Assembly: GCA_002793015.1 (NCBI GenBank)
Contig: PFPK01000022.1
Location: 1-38,349 of the forward strand
DNA length: 38,349 nucleotides
Source: Candidatus Magasanikbacteria bacterium CG_4_10_14_0_2_um_filter_37_12
GTDB lineage: Bacteria; Patescibacteriota; Patescibacteriia; Magasanikbacterales; UBA922
Direction: 5' to 3'
The stretch's first letter is position 1, and the number at the start of each line of letters is the position of its first letter. This document shows, piece by piece, positions 28,304-37,637 of this stretch. Made by a program: the position numbers and the translations under genes. The notes below the pieces were generated by a model. It saw only the letters and a list, made by a program, of their open reading frames with translations. It was not told the origin of the DNA and made no database searches.

Positions 28304-28630
28304 CTATTTCTTCCTACCTGCCACCTCTTTTTGGATATTTTTCCACTGCGATGAGACTAACTTGACTATCATATTTTTGGCGTTATTCGCCAGACCATTT
28401 TTGACAGCATATTTGTCGACAGTCTCTCTGACTAAACTTACATATTTATTTTTGGTCATTTTGTCAAATTGTTCAGAAGAAGTAACTTTTTCTTTTACTT
28501 CGGCATAGACATCTGCGGCATAATCAAAAATCTGTTCACGAACTTCCCGACCTTTTTTGGTAGTAGAGAGCCACATTAATCCTGCCCCCAAAAGACCACC
28601 AAATACTAAACCTTTTTTGAATTTACCCAT
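28304..28630 (-). CDS. YtxH-like protein
   Basis: KFKKGLVFGGLLGAG...KKGREVR N-terminus. Confidence 0.7.
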   Translation of the reverse strand: MGKFKKGLVFGGLLGAGLMWLSTTKKGREVREQIFDYAADVYAEVKEKVTSSEQFDKMTKNKYVSLVRETVDKYAVKNGLANNAKNMIVKLVSSQWKNIQKEVAGRKK

Positions 28631-28714
28631 ATGATTTGAATATTATAGTTTATGCTAAAATTTTCTAAGACAATTTGTAAAATTAATGCTATATAACTAA
28701 CTATAACAAATAAA

Positions 28715-29893
28715 CTACACTTCAACAAGATCTTGATATAAAATTTCTAAATAATCCACAATAGGCACCCAAGAATACTTAATTTCTGCAATTGTTCTAA
28801 TATCTTGAACAAATGTCAAATGATTAACTTCTTCAGAAAAATATTCCACAATTTTGTCTGCCAAATCTCGCGAATCACCAGGATTGAAGACCACGCCACC
28901 ATCTGCTGCCACTGTCCTTACACCTGGCAGATCACTGGCAATAATTGGTACACCACTAGCCATTGATTCTAAAAGAACCATCCCAAAAGCTTCACCCTGA
29001 TGAATGGATGGCAAGACTGTCAAATTGGCCATGTTGTAATAATATGGTAATTCTTCATTGCTAACTCTGCCGACAAAACGTACAGACTTGCCAAGTCCAA
29101 AACTTTTGGCTCGCAATTCGAAATCATGCCGTAGCTCTCCATCACCAACAAATACTGCTTGCATTTCTACACCACTTTTTTTGAACAAAAGCAACGACTC
29201 CAGCAAGACAGGAACACCTTTGAAATAATGTGCAGTATCCATCCCACCCACAAAAAGCACGAGAGGAATATCTGGGTCAAGATCATGTCGTAAAAATAAA
29301 GCATCTGGCTTCCCTACTCTTGGGCGAAATCTATTTATATCCACCCCAAATGGTAGCTCAACCCATTTATTTCTAAACTTATGAAAATGATCCACAGCTC
29401 CACTATGTTCAATATAATCAAAAGAACTGGCAATAATTAAATCTGCAGAATTAAGTATTTTTGGCATCCAGTATTTGGAATAATATTTGAAAATTAATCC
29501 CTTCCAGCCTGGGCTACGTGTGTCCATATGGTAAGTAATTACCAAAGGTTTGTCAGGATTTCGTAATTTCCATTTTCTGACCAAGTTGGCTGTACCAAAA
29601 AATGGATAATGGAGATGAACCAAATCAAAATTATCTAATTCCTTGTTGACTTGAGGTAATCTGGCTGCTTTGCCATACTGAATAGATGGTTTTAGAAATT
29701 TGGCATATTCAATTTGTTCTTGGATCTCTGGTTCGTAGTCTGATTCTGTCTGTGGTAATTTTTCTTGAAAAGTAGGCGTGATGACTTCGACATCATGACC
29801 ACGTCTGGCCAACTCGCTCACAGTTTGTAACACAACATTACCCATTCCACCATAGTAGGGAGGGTAACTACAGACGACATGAGCAATACGCAT
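28715..29893 (-). CDS. Glycosyltransferase family 4
   Basis: YPPYYGG, HLHYP, KGV and EAFGMVLLESMASGVP motifs. Confidence 0.92.
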   Translation of the reverse strand: MRIAHVVCSYPPYYGGMGNVVLQTVSELARRGHDVEVITPTFQEKLPQTESDYEPEIQEQIEYAKFLKPSIQYGKAARLPQVNKELDNFDLVHLHYPFFGTANLVRKWKLRNPDKPLVITYHMDTRSPGWKGLIFKYYSKYWMPKILNSADLIIASSFDYIEHSGAVDHFHKFRNKWVELPFGVDINRFRPRVGKPDALFLRHDLDPDIPLVLFVGGMDTAHYFKGVPVLLESLLLFKKSGVEMQAVFVGDGELRHDFELRAKSFGLGKSVRFVGRVSNEELPYYYNMANLTVLPSIHQGEAFGMVLLESMASGVPIIASDLPGVRTVAADGGVVFNPGDSRDLADKIVEYFSEEVNHLTFVQDIRTIAEIKYSWVPIVDYLEILYQDLVEV

Positions 29894-29898
29894 ATAAT

Positions 29899-30234
29899 TT
29901 ATTTTTTCTTCAATTGGTCTAAAGAATCTTGTCTAATTACTTTGGTAAAATCACGTTTCAAACTTTCCATTTTGACATGAAGTTTAAATAGAAGATAAAA
30001 AATAGCCGATATGGAAAGATATGTAACAAGATCTACGCCACGCCCAATACCAATATAATCAGCCAGCCTTTGGACAATGTTCGGCCAAACCACAACAATA
30101 GCCACTGCTACCCAAAAAAAAATCCAAAATAAGGCACCTTTTGGTCCAAGCAAATTATCTTCTTTGCGCTTCAACACTCCGACAATGGCAAAGATACAAA
30201 ACAAAACTAATAGAATCTGGAATATTGCTAACAT
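29899..30234 (-). CDS. DUF2304 family membrane protein
   Basis: LA...GIGRGVDL..Y motif, three TM helices, downstream of a DPM-like GT2. Likely start ATG 30234. Confidence 0.85.
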   Translation of the reverse strand: MLAIFQILLVLFCIFAIVGVLKRKEDNLLGPKGALFWIFFWVAVAIVVVWPNIVQRLADYIGIGRGVDLVTYLSISAIFYLLFKLHVKMESLKRDFTKVIRQDSLDQLKKK

Positions 30235-30274
30235 ACTTTTAGTCTTTAAAAAAATAAGAGATAAGAGATATATG

Positions 30275-30943
30275 TTACTTAATAAACTTCCCAATAATTA
30301 AATCCCTCATAATCCTCAACCCCCCTACAGTGCATTGTCCATATTCATGATACGTTACTTTTACTGGAAATTCAACATAATTCAGATTATATTTTTGGAT
30401 CAACTCTGGAATTTGGGAAGCATGGGCCATTCTATCCTGAGTAATACGAATTTTTTTCAAAGCATTAATATTAAGAATTCGAAAACCATTGTGGGCATCA
30501 GTTAATTTTAGACCACCAAAAACACGGCCTACCTGCTGAGCGACGGGTAGTAAAATATATTTTTTGAACCAAGGAATTTTGGAACGGTTATCCAAAAACC
30601 GTGAACCCAATAAAACATCAGCCTTTTTTTCCTTTATCTTCTGTAATGCTGGTATAATATCATTAGTATCAAACTGTCCATCACCATCAAAATGCAAGAC
30701 GTATTCGGCTTTATTTCTTCTGGCGTATTCATGTCCAGTCTCCAATGCGGCCCCTTGGCCACAATTTATTTTGTGATGTAGCACTACGGCCCCAGCTTTT
30801 TTGGACTCTTCAAAAGTATTGTCTTCTGAACAATCATCCACCACTAAAACTTTATCTACATGTTCAAAAAGGCTCTGCACCACAGAGCCGATTCTTTTTT
30901 CTTCATTATAAGCTGGAACTATAGCCAAAAACATATCTTTCAA
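30275..30943 (-). CDS. Glycosyltransferase family 2 (polyprenol-phosphate glycosyltransferase-like)
   Basis: PAYNEE, VVDDCS.D, GQGAAL, DGDGQ, GSRF and TDAHNGFR motifs. Confidence 0.9.
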   Translation of the reverse strand: MKDMFLAIVPAYNEEKRIGSVVQSLFEHVDKVLVVDDCSEDNTFEESKKAGAVVLHHKINCGQGAALETGHEYARRNKAEYVLHFDGDGQFDTNDIIPALQKIKEKKADVLLGSRFLDNRSKIPWFKKYILLPVAQQVGRVFGGLKLTDAHNGFRILNINALKKIRITQDRMAHASQIPELIQKYNLNYVEFPVKVTYHEYGQCTVGGLRIMRDLIIGKFIK

Positions 30944-31005
30944 ACGCTAACAAATTAAACCAGATAAAATTGAAATATAACAACTAATAGTACTCGAGTA
31001 TCTAA

Positions 31006-32019
31006 TTACTCCATCATCTCTTTATTGGCAATAGTGTAGTCAATGGTCCTCCTCAATCCATCGTCTATTCTAACCAACGGAATCCAGTCTAACTCTTCTT
31101 TTGCTCTCGTAAGATCTGGTGCTCCTTTCTGAGAAAGAAATACCAGTGGTTCTTCAAAGGCTACTCTTGAATTCGAGTTGGTCATGGCAATAATCTTTTG
31201 AGCAATATCAGACATCTTATGAATTTCGTCGTGTCCCAGATTGACCAGAGATACTTCATGTCCAGCATGCATGAGACGAACAAGCCCGTCGATAATATCA
31301 GAAACAAAGCATAAAGACTGGGCTAATGCATCATCGCCATAAATCACTAAATCACGGCCATCAAGAGCATCTAAAATAAAATCTGGAATTAATAACCCAT
31401 CACGCAATTTCATCCGCGGACCATACGTAGTAAATACTCGTGCAATCTTAACATCCAAACCATAAACCTGTCGATAAGTTTCAACACAAGTCTCAGCAAA
31501 TCTCTTGCCTTCATCATAAGAGCCACGTGGTGAAAGATGATTGACCTTACCCTCATTAGACTCTAGAAAAAAATTCCTCTCTGCCGTGGCAGGACCATAG
31601 ACCACAGAACTTGAGGTAAACAGATATTTTGAACGATATTTTACAGCCAAATCAAGTGTGTTAAGCATGGCTCTGGAGTTGGCATGAAGAGAGTGCAGTT
31701 TCAAATCTTCAAAATTCTTAGGACTAGTCGGACAAGCGAGGTGATAAATTTCTTGCACTCCTTGAAATTTTAATTTAAATTTTTCTAATTCTGGAAATTC
31801 TTGCAAATCAATAGGCCCATTGACATCAAATTTTATAAATTCAAAATCAGGGTATTGTAATAAATGATCAATATTCTGAATAGTAGAATTGGATAAATCA
31901 TCCATACAAATCACGTTGGCTTCTTTCAAAAGACGCTCGCATAAATGAGTACCAAGAAAACCTGCTCCGCCAGTAACTAAAACATTTTTCTTTTCAAAAA
32001 TAGGTGTTTGGTCAATCAT
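31006..32019 (-). CDS. NAD-dependent epimerase/dehydratase, UDP-glucuronate decarboxylase-like
   Basis: TGGAGFLG, IYHLACPTSP, YDEGKR and TYGPRM motifs. Confidence 0.88.
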   Translation of the reverse strand: MIDQTPIFEKKNVLVTGGAGFLGTHLCERLLKEANVICMDDLSNSTIQNIDHLLQYPDFEFIKFDVNGPIDLQEFPELEKFKLKFQGVQEIYHLACPTSPKNFEDLKLHSLHANSRAMLNTLDLAVKYRSKYLFTSSSVVYGPATAERNFFLESNEGKVNHLSPRGSYDEGKRFAETCVETYRQVYGLDVKIARVFTTYGPRMKLRDGLLIPDFILDALDGRDLVIYGDDALAQSLCFVSDIIDGLVRLMHAGHEVSLVNLGHDEIHKMSDIAQKIIAMTNSNSRVAFEEPLVFLSQKGAPDLTRAKEELDWIPLVRIDDGLRRTIDYTIANKEMME

Positions 32020-32125
32020 ATTTTTAAATTCAAAAGGTATGATAACCTCAGGACACCTGTTCTCCTTTGGTAGAGGCAGGTGTTAAACTATGCTCTTATT
32101 CTACGCAATTACAGACGAAGCGGAA

Positions 32126-34147
32126 TTAAGATATAGGAACGCTAATTATATTATTAGTTTTAAAATCAGTAAAAAAATATTTCTGGGCGACCTTCTTTCC
32201 TTCTTTGTTCCAAACACGAACGGGCTGATCATTACTTTTTGGTATAGTAACTAGTTCATCTTCTCCATCATAGTTATAATCCCCGACTATGAAAGAAAAA
32301 GATTTTTTGTATGATCCATAAGCCAAAAATTTTTTGATTATGCTACCGTCATGATCATAAAAAACTACCAAAGGCCTTTCTCCTAAACCACCGCCTACGA
32401 CATATTCCATTTGATCGTCACTATCCAAGTTCATTACAGATACTTTATCAGCTTTAGAAAATGAGTCTAAAAAAAATTTATTTTTAGAAAACCCTTCACC
32501 TGACAGCGTTTCCATAGTAAGTTTGTCATCTAGTTCATAAAGAACTACCAAATCATACTTATTGCTTCCTTCTGTTTTAAATTTATCAAAAGACACACCG
32601 TTGTGTTTATTTTCTAAGATGTGAGTATAAAGATCCTCTCCTTCCAAAGAATAAATATCAAAGAGAGTGTTACTTGGACCTTTGGGTGCAACAACAATTT
32701 CTGGCTGAACATCGCCCATCACATCAGCAACTAAAATACTAATTTCTCCGCCTGGCTCAATAATAAAACTATCTATTTTTTTCCAATCAGCGTCATAGAG
32801 ACTAATCCTCCATCTAGTTTTATCAAACGATTTTGCTGTTACATAAAATGTCTTTCCTAAATATTGATAAAAACTAAAATCATCTATACCAGACAAAGCC
32901 CGCTCACGCAAAACTTTATCGTCATCACCTGTATTAAAATCCCAAGATGTATGATCACCATTGTCGCCGTTGACAACAATAATATTTTTTAAAAACTTAC
33001 TGTTTTCAACTTCGTTTAAGGCATACTGAACTGCCTTGTCTATTTGTAAAAGTCCAGTACCAAAAAGGTTGGAATAAACATCTTCATCTGTGCTAGGTGT
33101 GTGGTGGGTTGTTGACAGCAGTGCTTTATAGATGTTTTTTGCAGCCCAATTTGGCTTAATGCTCTTAATCAAAGCCGCCGCTCCGCTGACTAAAGGTGCA
33201 GAAAAAGAAGTCCCACTCCAGCCACCTGTATATTGTTCGTTCAGATCATATTTTGGTGAATAACGTACTGTACTAAAAATATTTTCTCCTGGTGCGGTGA
33301 TATCCACACAATTTGAACCAATGTTAGAAAAACTAGCAATATTATGACTGGCACTGATGGCACTCACACCAAGCACTTTATTTGTCTCTTTTCCAGCATC
33401 AAAACAAATTGGATACAATGGAAAATCATTCAAATCAGAAGCACTGTTACCAGCGGCAGCGACCATCACCACACCTTTTCCATATGCATAATCAATAGCC
33501 TTTTCTACATCTCCCGTGATATCGCCGACCACACTCATATTGATAATATTAGCCCCATTATACACAGCGTAATAAATGGCATCTGGTAATCTAGCAAAAG
33601 AACCAGATCCACCCTCATCAACTACTTGGATATTCATTAATTTGACATTAGGGCTAACGCCAGAGCCATTTTTTTTATTGTTGCCAACTGCCCCAATGAT
33701 ACCAGCCACAAGAGTACCATGATTAAATACCCCAGAATTTTTTTCGCTCTCGGTAAACTGATCAACTTGTGGCCTAGGATTATTGTTGCCTCTCTCTTCT
33801 GATTCATCAATTAGACCATCGCTGTTTGTGTCTCTCGACACAAAACTCCACCCCCAAACATCATCAACATAACCATTTTTATCATCATCTATTTGATTAT
33901 TAGAAATTTCATCAACATTTTTCCAGACATTGGTGAATAAATCTGGATGAAAAGTATCAAAACCATTATCAATTACTGCAACTACAACGTCTTGAGAACC
34001 TAATGTATAATCCCAAGCAGAATACACATTAATGTCCGTGTAAGCCCACTGTTCTACAAAAGGATCATCAAGAGTCTTAGCATAGGTAATCTCAAAAAAC
34101 AAAAAAGAAGAAAACAAAAAAATAGCAAGTAAAAAAATATTTCTCAT
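32126..34147 (-). CDS. Secreted S8 (subtilisin-like) serine protease with C-terminal FG-GAP-like repeats
   Basis: Signal peptide; catalytic triad VAVIDNG, HGTLVAG, GTSFSAP; AAAGN oxyanion motif; D-x-x-x-D-G-x-x-E repeats. Confidence 0.9.
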   Translation of the reverse strand: MRNIFLLAIFLFSSFLFFEITYAKTLDDPFVEQWAYTDINVYSAWDYTLGSQDVVVAVIDNGFDTFHPDLFTNVWKNVDEISNNQIDDDKNGYVDDVWGWSFVSRDTNSDGLIDESEERGNNNPRPQVDQFTESEKNSGVFNHGTLVAGIIGAVGNNKKNGSGVSPNVKLMNIQVVDEGGSGSFARLPDAIYYAVYNGANIINMSVVGDITGDVEKAIDYAYGKGVVMVAAAGNSASDLNDFPLYPICFDAGKETNKVLGVSAISASHNIASFSNIGSNCVDITAPGENIFSTVRYSPKYDLNEQYTGGWSGTSFSAPLVSGAAALIKSIKPNWAAKNIYKALLSTTHHTPSTDEDVYSNLFGTGLLQIDKAVQYALNEVENSKFLKNIIVVNGDNGDHTSWDFNTGDDDKVLRERALSGIDDFSFYQYLGKTFYVTAKSFDKTRWRISLYDADWKKIDSFIIEPGGEISILVADVMGDVQPEIVVAPKGPSNTLFDIYSLEGEDLYTHILENKHNGVSFDKFKTEGSNKYDLVVLYELDDKLTMETLSGEGFSKNKFFLDSFSKADKVSVMNLDSDDQMEYVVGGGLGERPLVVFYDHDGSIIKKFLAYGSYKKSFSFIVGDYNYDGEDELVTIPKSNDQPVRVWNKEGKKVAQKYFFTDFKTNNIISVPIS

Positions 34148-34153
34148 AAAAAA

Positions 34154-35683
34154 TTATAGTACATGTAGGCTGTCCGCTTTACCATACACTGTGGGATATT
34201 TTAAGATTTCTGTGTCTGCCTTAATTGCACCTTTTGATTTAAAATTCATATCAATCACAGAGGATCCAGGAATAACAAACCGCTTCATAAAATTATTTGA
34301 GGAAAAAATCTTATCAGTGGTATTTCCAGAAATAGTGTAGAACAAATCGTCTATATATTGATAATATATCTGATTTTTAGTGGGGTGTTCGACAATAGAT
34401 CCTCTTGGGTACTTATATCCAACGCTACTAAATACTTCCAGGCCGAACAAAAGGTTCCCCGACAAAGCGTCTTGCAAATCATTTAGACCATCACCATTGG
34501 TGTCTTTGGACTTTGGGTCTGTAAACCAGTAAAAAATTTCTTCATGGTCAGTCAAACCATCTCCATCTGAGTCAACTTTAAAATCACTGGTGCCATATTC
34601 TTTTTCAGTATCTTGGTCTACGCCGTCATGATCTTTGTCAACTATGCCCCCCTCTTTATCTTCTACATCATAGCCCCTAATATTATAAAAACTAATCTGC
34701 GATGATTCAAGCGTAATAACACGTTTGGTCCAATTGTCACCATAAAGTAATTTGGCTTCTATTTCTGAACGAATTGGACGCAGACGACATCCTGGCTCTG
34801 GGGCATATACTTTTGGGGAATTTTCAAAACTTACTAACCATGTTCCTGACCTAACACAAATTGGTTTACCAACTAAATACTGTCCAAGTTTGGTGTTACT
34901 AACATAAATAACACCGGCCATATCATTGTACCAAGAATGAAAAACTGCTGGATGAGAAAATGGGTGGATGTACCCATCAAAACCAAAATAATAAATTTGG
35001 GTGTCTTTGCCTTTAATAAGACTGCCCTCTGGAATATATGATACAGGCTGGGTATAATTTATTGATTTATTTAGTGTTTTAGTTTTACCATTAGCATCCT
35101 TGAACTGAACATAAACAATCTTATTATCAGTCCCAGGAGATAACATCCAGTATATGCTGTCTGTGACAGGAAAACCATCAAACAAAAAAAAATCTTTTTC
35201 ATTGCTAACAAATATGGTTTCAACACCTTTGGAGTACTCAAAATCAAGAATCACAGACCTCTTGTTTGTCTCCTCATCCTCATCATTGATAAAAAAGTCC
35301 ACGTTCATGTCGTCTGGAACATATAGACTTATCTGGTCTGTATATACTTTTTTGGAATCTACTTTTCCACCTTTGAATTTTGCGTATACAGTCTTAATGC
35401 CACCTCCAAAATTGAGATACCAAACTTTGGTCTTGGCATAAGCCTCCCACTTGGCATCTAGCAAATCTGGTTCATTGGAAATCATCATTTGAGTTGCTCC
35501 CTCTGGTGCTGAAATATAGAGAGTTACTTGTCTAGTATAAACATTCGGATTGTTCTTGTTAATATTAAAATAAACCTCTGGTGAAGCAGTAAAAGCTGTG
35601 CCAAAAAAAACAAATAGTGCTAACAAAACACCACCAATTAGTGAAGTGAAAAGTATAACTTGATTTTTTAGCTTTAATGACAT
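34154..35683 (-). CDS. Secreted multi-repeat surface protein with Ca-binding DxDxDG repeats
   Basis: Signal/TM, two beta-rich repeats (SN...W.L..G...K.VY..FK), GSLIKG..IYY repeats and DKDHDG/DSDGDG/DTNGDG. Likely start ATG 35683. Confidence 0.75.
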   Translation of the reverse strand: MSLKLKNQVILFTSLIGGVLLALFVFFGTAFTASPEVYFNINKNNPNVYTRQVTLYISAPEGATQMMISNEPDLLDAKWEAYAKTKVWYLNFGGGIKTVYAKFKGGKVDSKKVYTDQISLYVPDDMNVDFFINDEDEETNKRSVILDFEYSKGVETIFVSNEKDFFLFDGFPVTDSIYWMLSPGTDNKIVYVQFKDANGKTKTLNKSINYTQPVSYIPEGSLIKGKDTQIYYFGFDGYIHPFSHPAVFHSWYNDMAGVIYVSNTKLGQYLVGKPICVRSGTWLVSFENSPKVYAPEPGCRLRPIRSEIEAKLLYGDNWTKRVITLESSQISFYNIRGYDVEDKEGGIVDKDHDGVDQDTEKEYGTSDFKVDSDGDGLTDHEEIFYWFTDPKSKDTNGDGLNDLQDALSGNLLFGLEVFSSVGYKYPRGSIVEHPTKNQIYYQYIDDLFYTISGNTTDKIFSSNNFMKRFVIPGSSVIDMNFKSKGAIKADTEILKYPTVYGKADSLHVL

Positions 35684-35722
35684 ATAATTTCTACAAAATA
35701 GTATACTAAAAAATAGACCAAC

Positions 35723-37114
35723 ATGCAATTATTTTATAGAATTAGACAGTTGATTCTAGTGGCTGGAGATCTACTAGTTTTTATTTTTTGTTTTTGGCTT
35801 AGTCTGGCTATCCGATATTTTGAAATTCCCTCTCTGGAGACATTTGAGCATCATGTAGCCATATTACCAATATTGCTGGCGCTCTGGTTAGTATTGAACT
35901 ATATCAATGGGCTATATGATTTGGTGAGATGTGGCAATATCAAAAATTCTTCCAGAAGACTCCTCGAAACAGCAATGATAGCCTTGGTGGTAAGCATGGT
36001 TTTATTTTACATATTGCCAAAAATAAATTTGACCCCAAAGACTATACTGGTGCTGGCTGTGTTTATTGGCTACAGTCTAGTCTTCATTTGGCGACTACTC
36101 TATGAATATTCTATTGGTGATAAAGGTTTGAAAGAGAAAATCCTCTTTGTTGGTCATACCAAAGAAATGGTTGAACTAGTAAATATCATAACCAAATTAC
36201 CCCAAAAAGGATACCAAATTTGTGCATGGATAGACCCCACCAAAAGCATTGACAAAGAAAAATATAAATCTATTGAAATCTATGAGAGGTTCCAAACTAT
36301 CAGACCGCTCATCACCAATCATCATATTAGCACTGTTGTAATAGCTCCTGACTTACGCCACCAAGAAGAAGTACTGAGAGAATTATACGAACTATTATTT
36401 TGGGATGTTCGCATCATGGACATGACTTCTTTTTATGAGACGATTACTGGTCGCATTCCACCTTCTACTTTTTCAGAAGGATGGTTTTTGGATCATATTG
36501 GAAACAATGATTTGCCAGTCTACAAAAAAATAAGAATACTAATAGATTATATTGCCGCTTTATTGCTTGGAATCATATTTGTCATATTATTTCCTCTAAT
36601 TGTTATTGGCATAAAAACCACTTCTAAGGGCCCAATTTTTTTCAAACAAAAAAGAGTTGGTAAATATGGAAAACATTTTTTTCTCTACAAATTTCGCTCC
36701 ATGTATTCTCTGGCAGAAGATGGAAGTGCCGAGATGGACGGCGCCCAATTTGCCACCAAAAATGACGAGAGAGCTACAACGTTTGGCAGATTTTTACGAA
36801 AAGTCCGACTGGATGAGTTGCCACAGTTTATCAATATGCTAAAACGTGATATCACGCTTATTGGTCCACGTCCAGAAAGACCAGAGATAGTGGAAAAGTT
36901 GGAAGAAAAGATGCCGTACTATTCGCTTCGCCATGTAATTCGTCCTGGTCTAACAAGTTGGGCAGTGCTCCACCAAAATTATACTGACAACATAGAAACG
37001 TCTTTACAGAAGTTACAATATGATCTGTATTATATAAAAAACAGATCACTTTTACTTGATCTGTCGATCTTACTCAAAACTGTTAATCTAATTCTGAGAG
37101 GGATGGGACAATAG
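35723..37114 (+). CDS. Polyprenyl-phosphate sugar phosphotransferase (WcaJ/WbaP-like)
   Basis: GPIFFKQKRVG, KFRSM, LDELPQ, GPRPERP and YDLYYIKN motifs with N-terminal TM helices. Confidence 0.93.
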   Translation: MQLFYRIRQLILVAGDLLVFIFCFWLSLAIRYFEIPSLETFEHHVAILPILLALWLVLNYINGLYDLVRCGNIKNSSRRLLETAMIALVVSMVLFYILPKINLTPKTILVLAVFIGYSLVFIWRLLYEYSIGDKGLKEKILFVGHTKEMVELVNIITKLPQKGYQICAWIDPTKSIDKEKYKSIEIYERFQTIRPLITNHHISTVVIAPDLRHQEEVLRELYELLFWDVRIMDMTSFYETITGRIPPSTFSEGWFLDHIGNNDLPVYKKIRILIDYIAALLLGIIFVILFPLIVIGIKTTSKGPIFFKQKRVGKYGKHFFLYKFRSMYSLAEDGSAEMDGAQFATKNDERATTFGRFLRKVRLDELPQFINMLKRDITLIGPRPERPEIVEKLEEKMPYYSLRHVIRPGLTSWAVLHQNYTDNIETSLQKLQYDLYYIKNRSLLLDLSILLKTVNLILRGMGQ

Positions 37115-37123
37115 ATTTACCTT

Positions 37124-37637
37124 ATTACTTGAACACTTTAGCACCTGAACACTTGAAAATTATGAACACTGAATCACTAAAACTAGTTTAGTGCCCATAT
37201 TTCTGCTTCTTCTATAGTCTTAAAAAAATTTGTTACAAAAGTATTTTCTGAATCGTCTTGTTTTACACTTACTTCGTCGTTGATAAAGGCAAACTTCTCT
37301 ACACCCACATCGTTGTAAACAGCCGCGATGTTTTTGTTTCTCCAAGCAGTTAAATTTGGAGTAAGCTCTACTATATAATGCCGTAAATCAACAATAATTC
37401 TCTTGCTTTCCAATTGCTTTACTATTTCAATATAAGCTAGAGCTTCTTTTTTAAACTGATCTTCGCTAAAACTTGCGACCTACTTAAAAATCAAATACAA
37501 AATCCCATCTTCTTCAAGCACCCTGATAAAATTGTCATCAATGTAATTTACCATAATATGAAATATCCAAATGTTAAAGTGTTTAAGTTTTAAAATGATA
37601 ACGTGCTCAAGTGATAAAGTGTTTGGGTGCTAAGGTG
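37124..37637. mobile_element. Candidate cargo-carrying inverted-repeat element (RAACACTT family)
   Basis: Arms 37134-37154 / 37617-37637 (18 of 21 complementary) flank one short gene. ATTACTTGAACACT is shared with the empty element at 15358. Mobility is inferred only. Confidence 0.5.
37183..37554 (-). pseudogene. SpoIIAA/STAS-like small protein interrupted by in-frame TAG (37480-37482)
   Basis: ATG 37554 gives MVNYIDD...LIFK*VASF...IIVDLR...KFAFI...FKTIEEAEIW, 124 codons with one internal stop. Confidence 0.65.

Noticed and set aside
37480-37482. Pyrrolysine or TAG recoding
   Set aside because: It is a single case, no pyl genes are in the window, and TAG terminates other genes normally.
1686-37637. 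CRISPR array interpretation of the short repeats
   Set aside because: Units are 7-9 nt, degenerate and adjacent, with no unique spacers and no cas genes.
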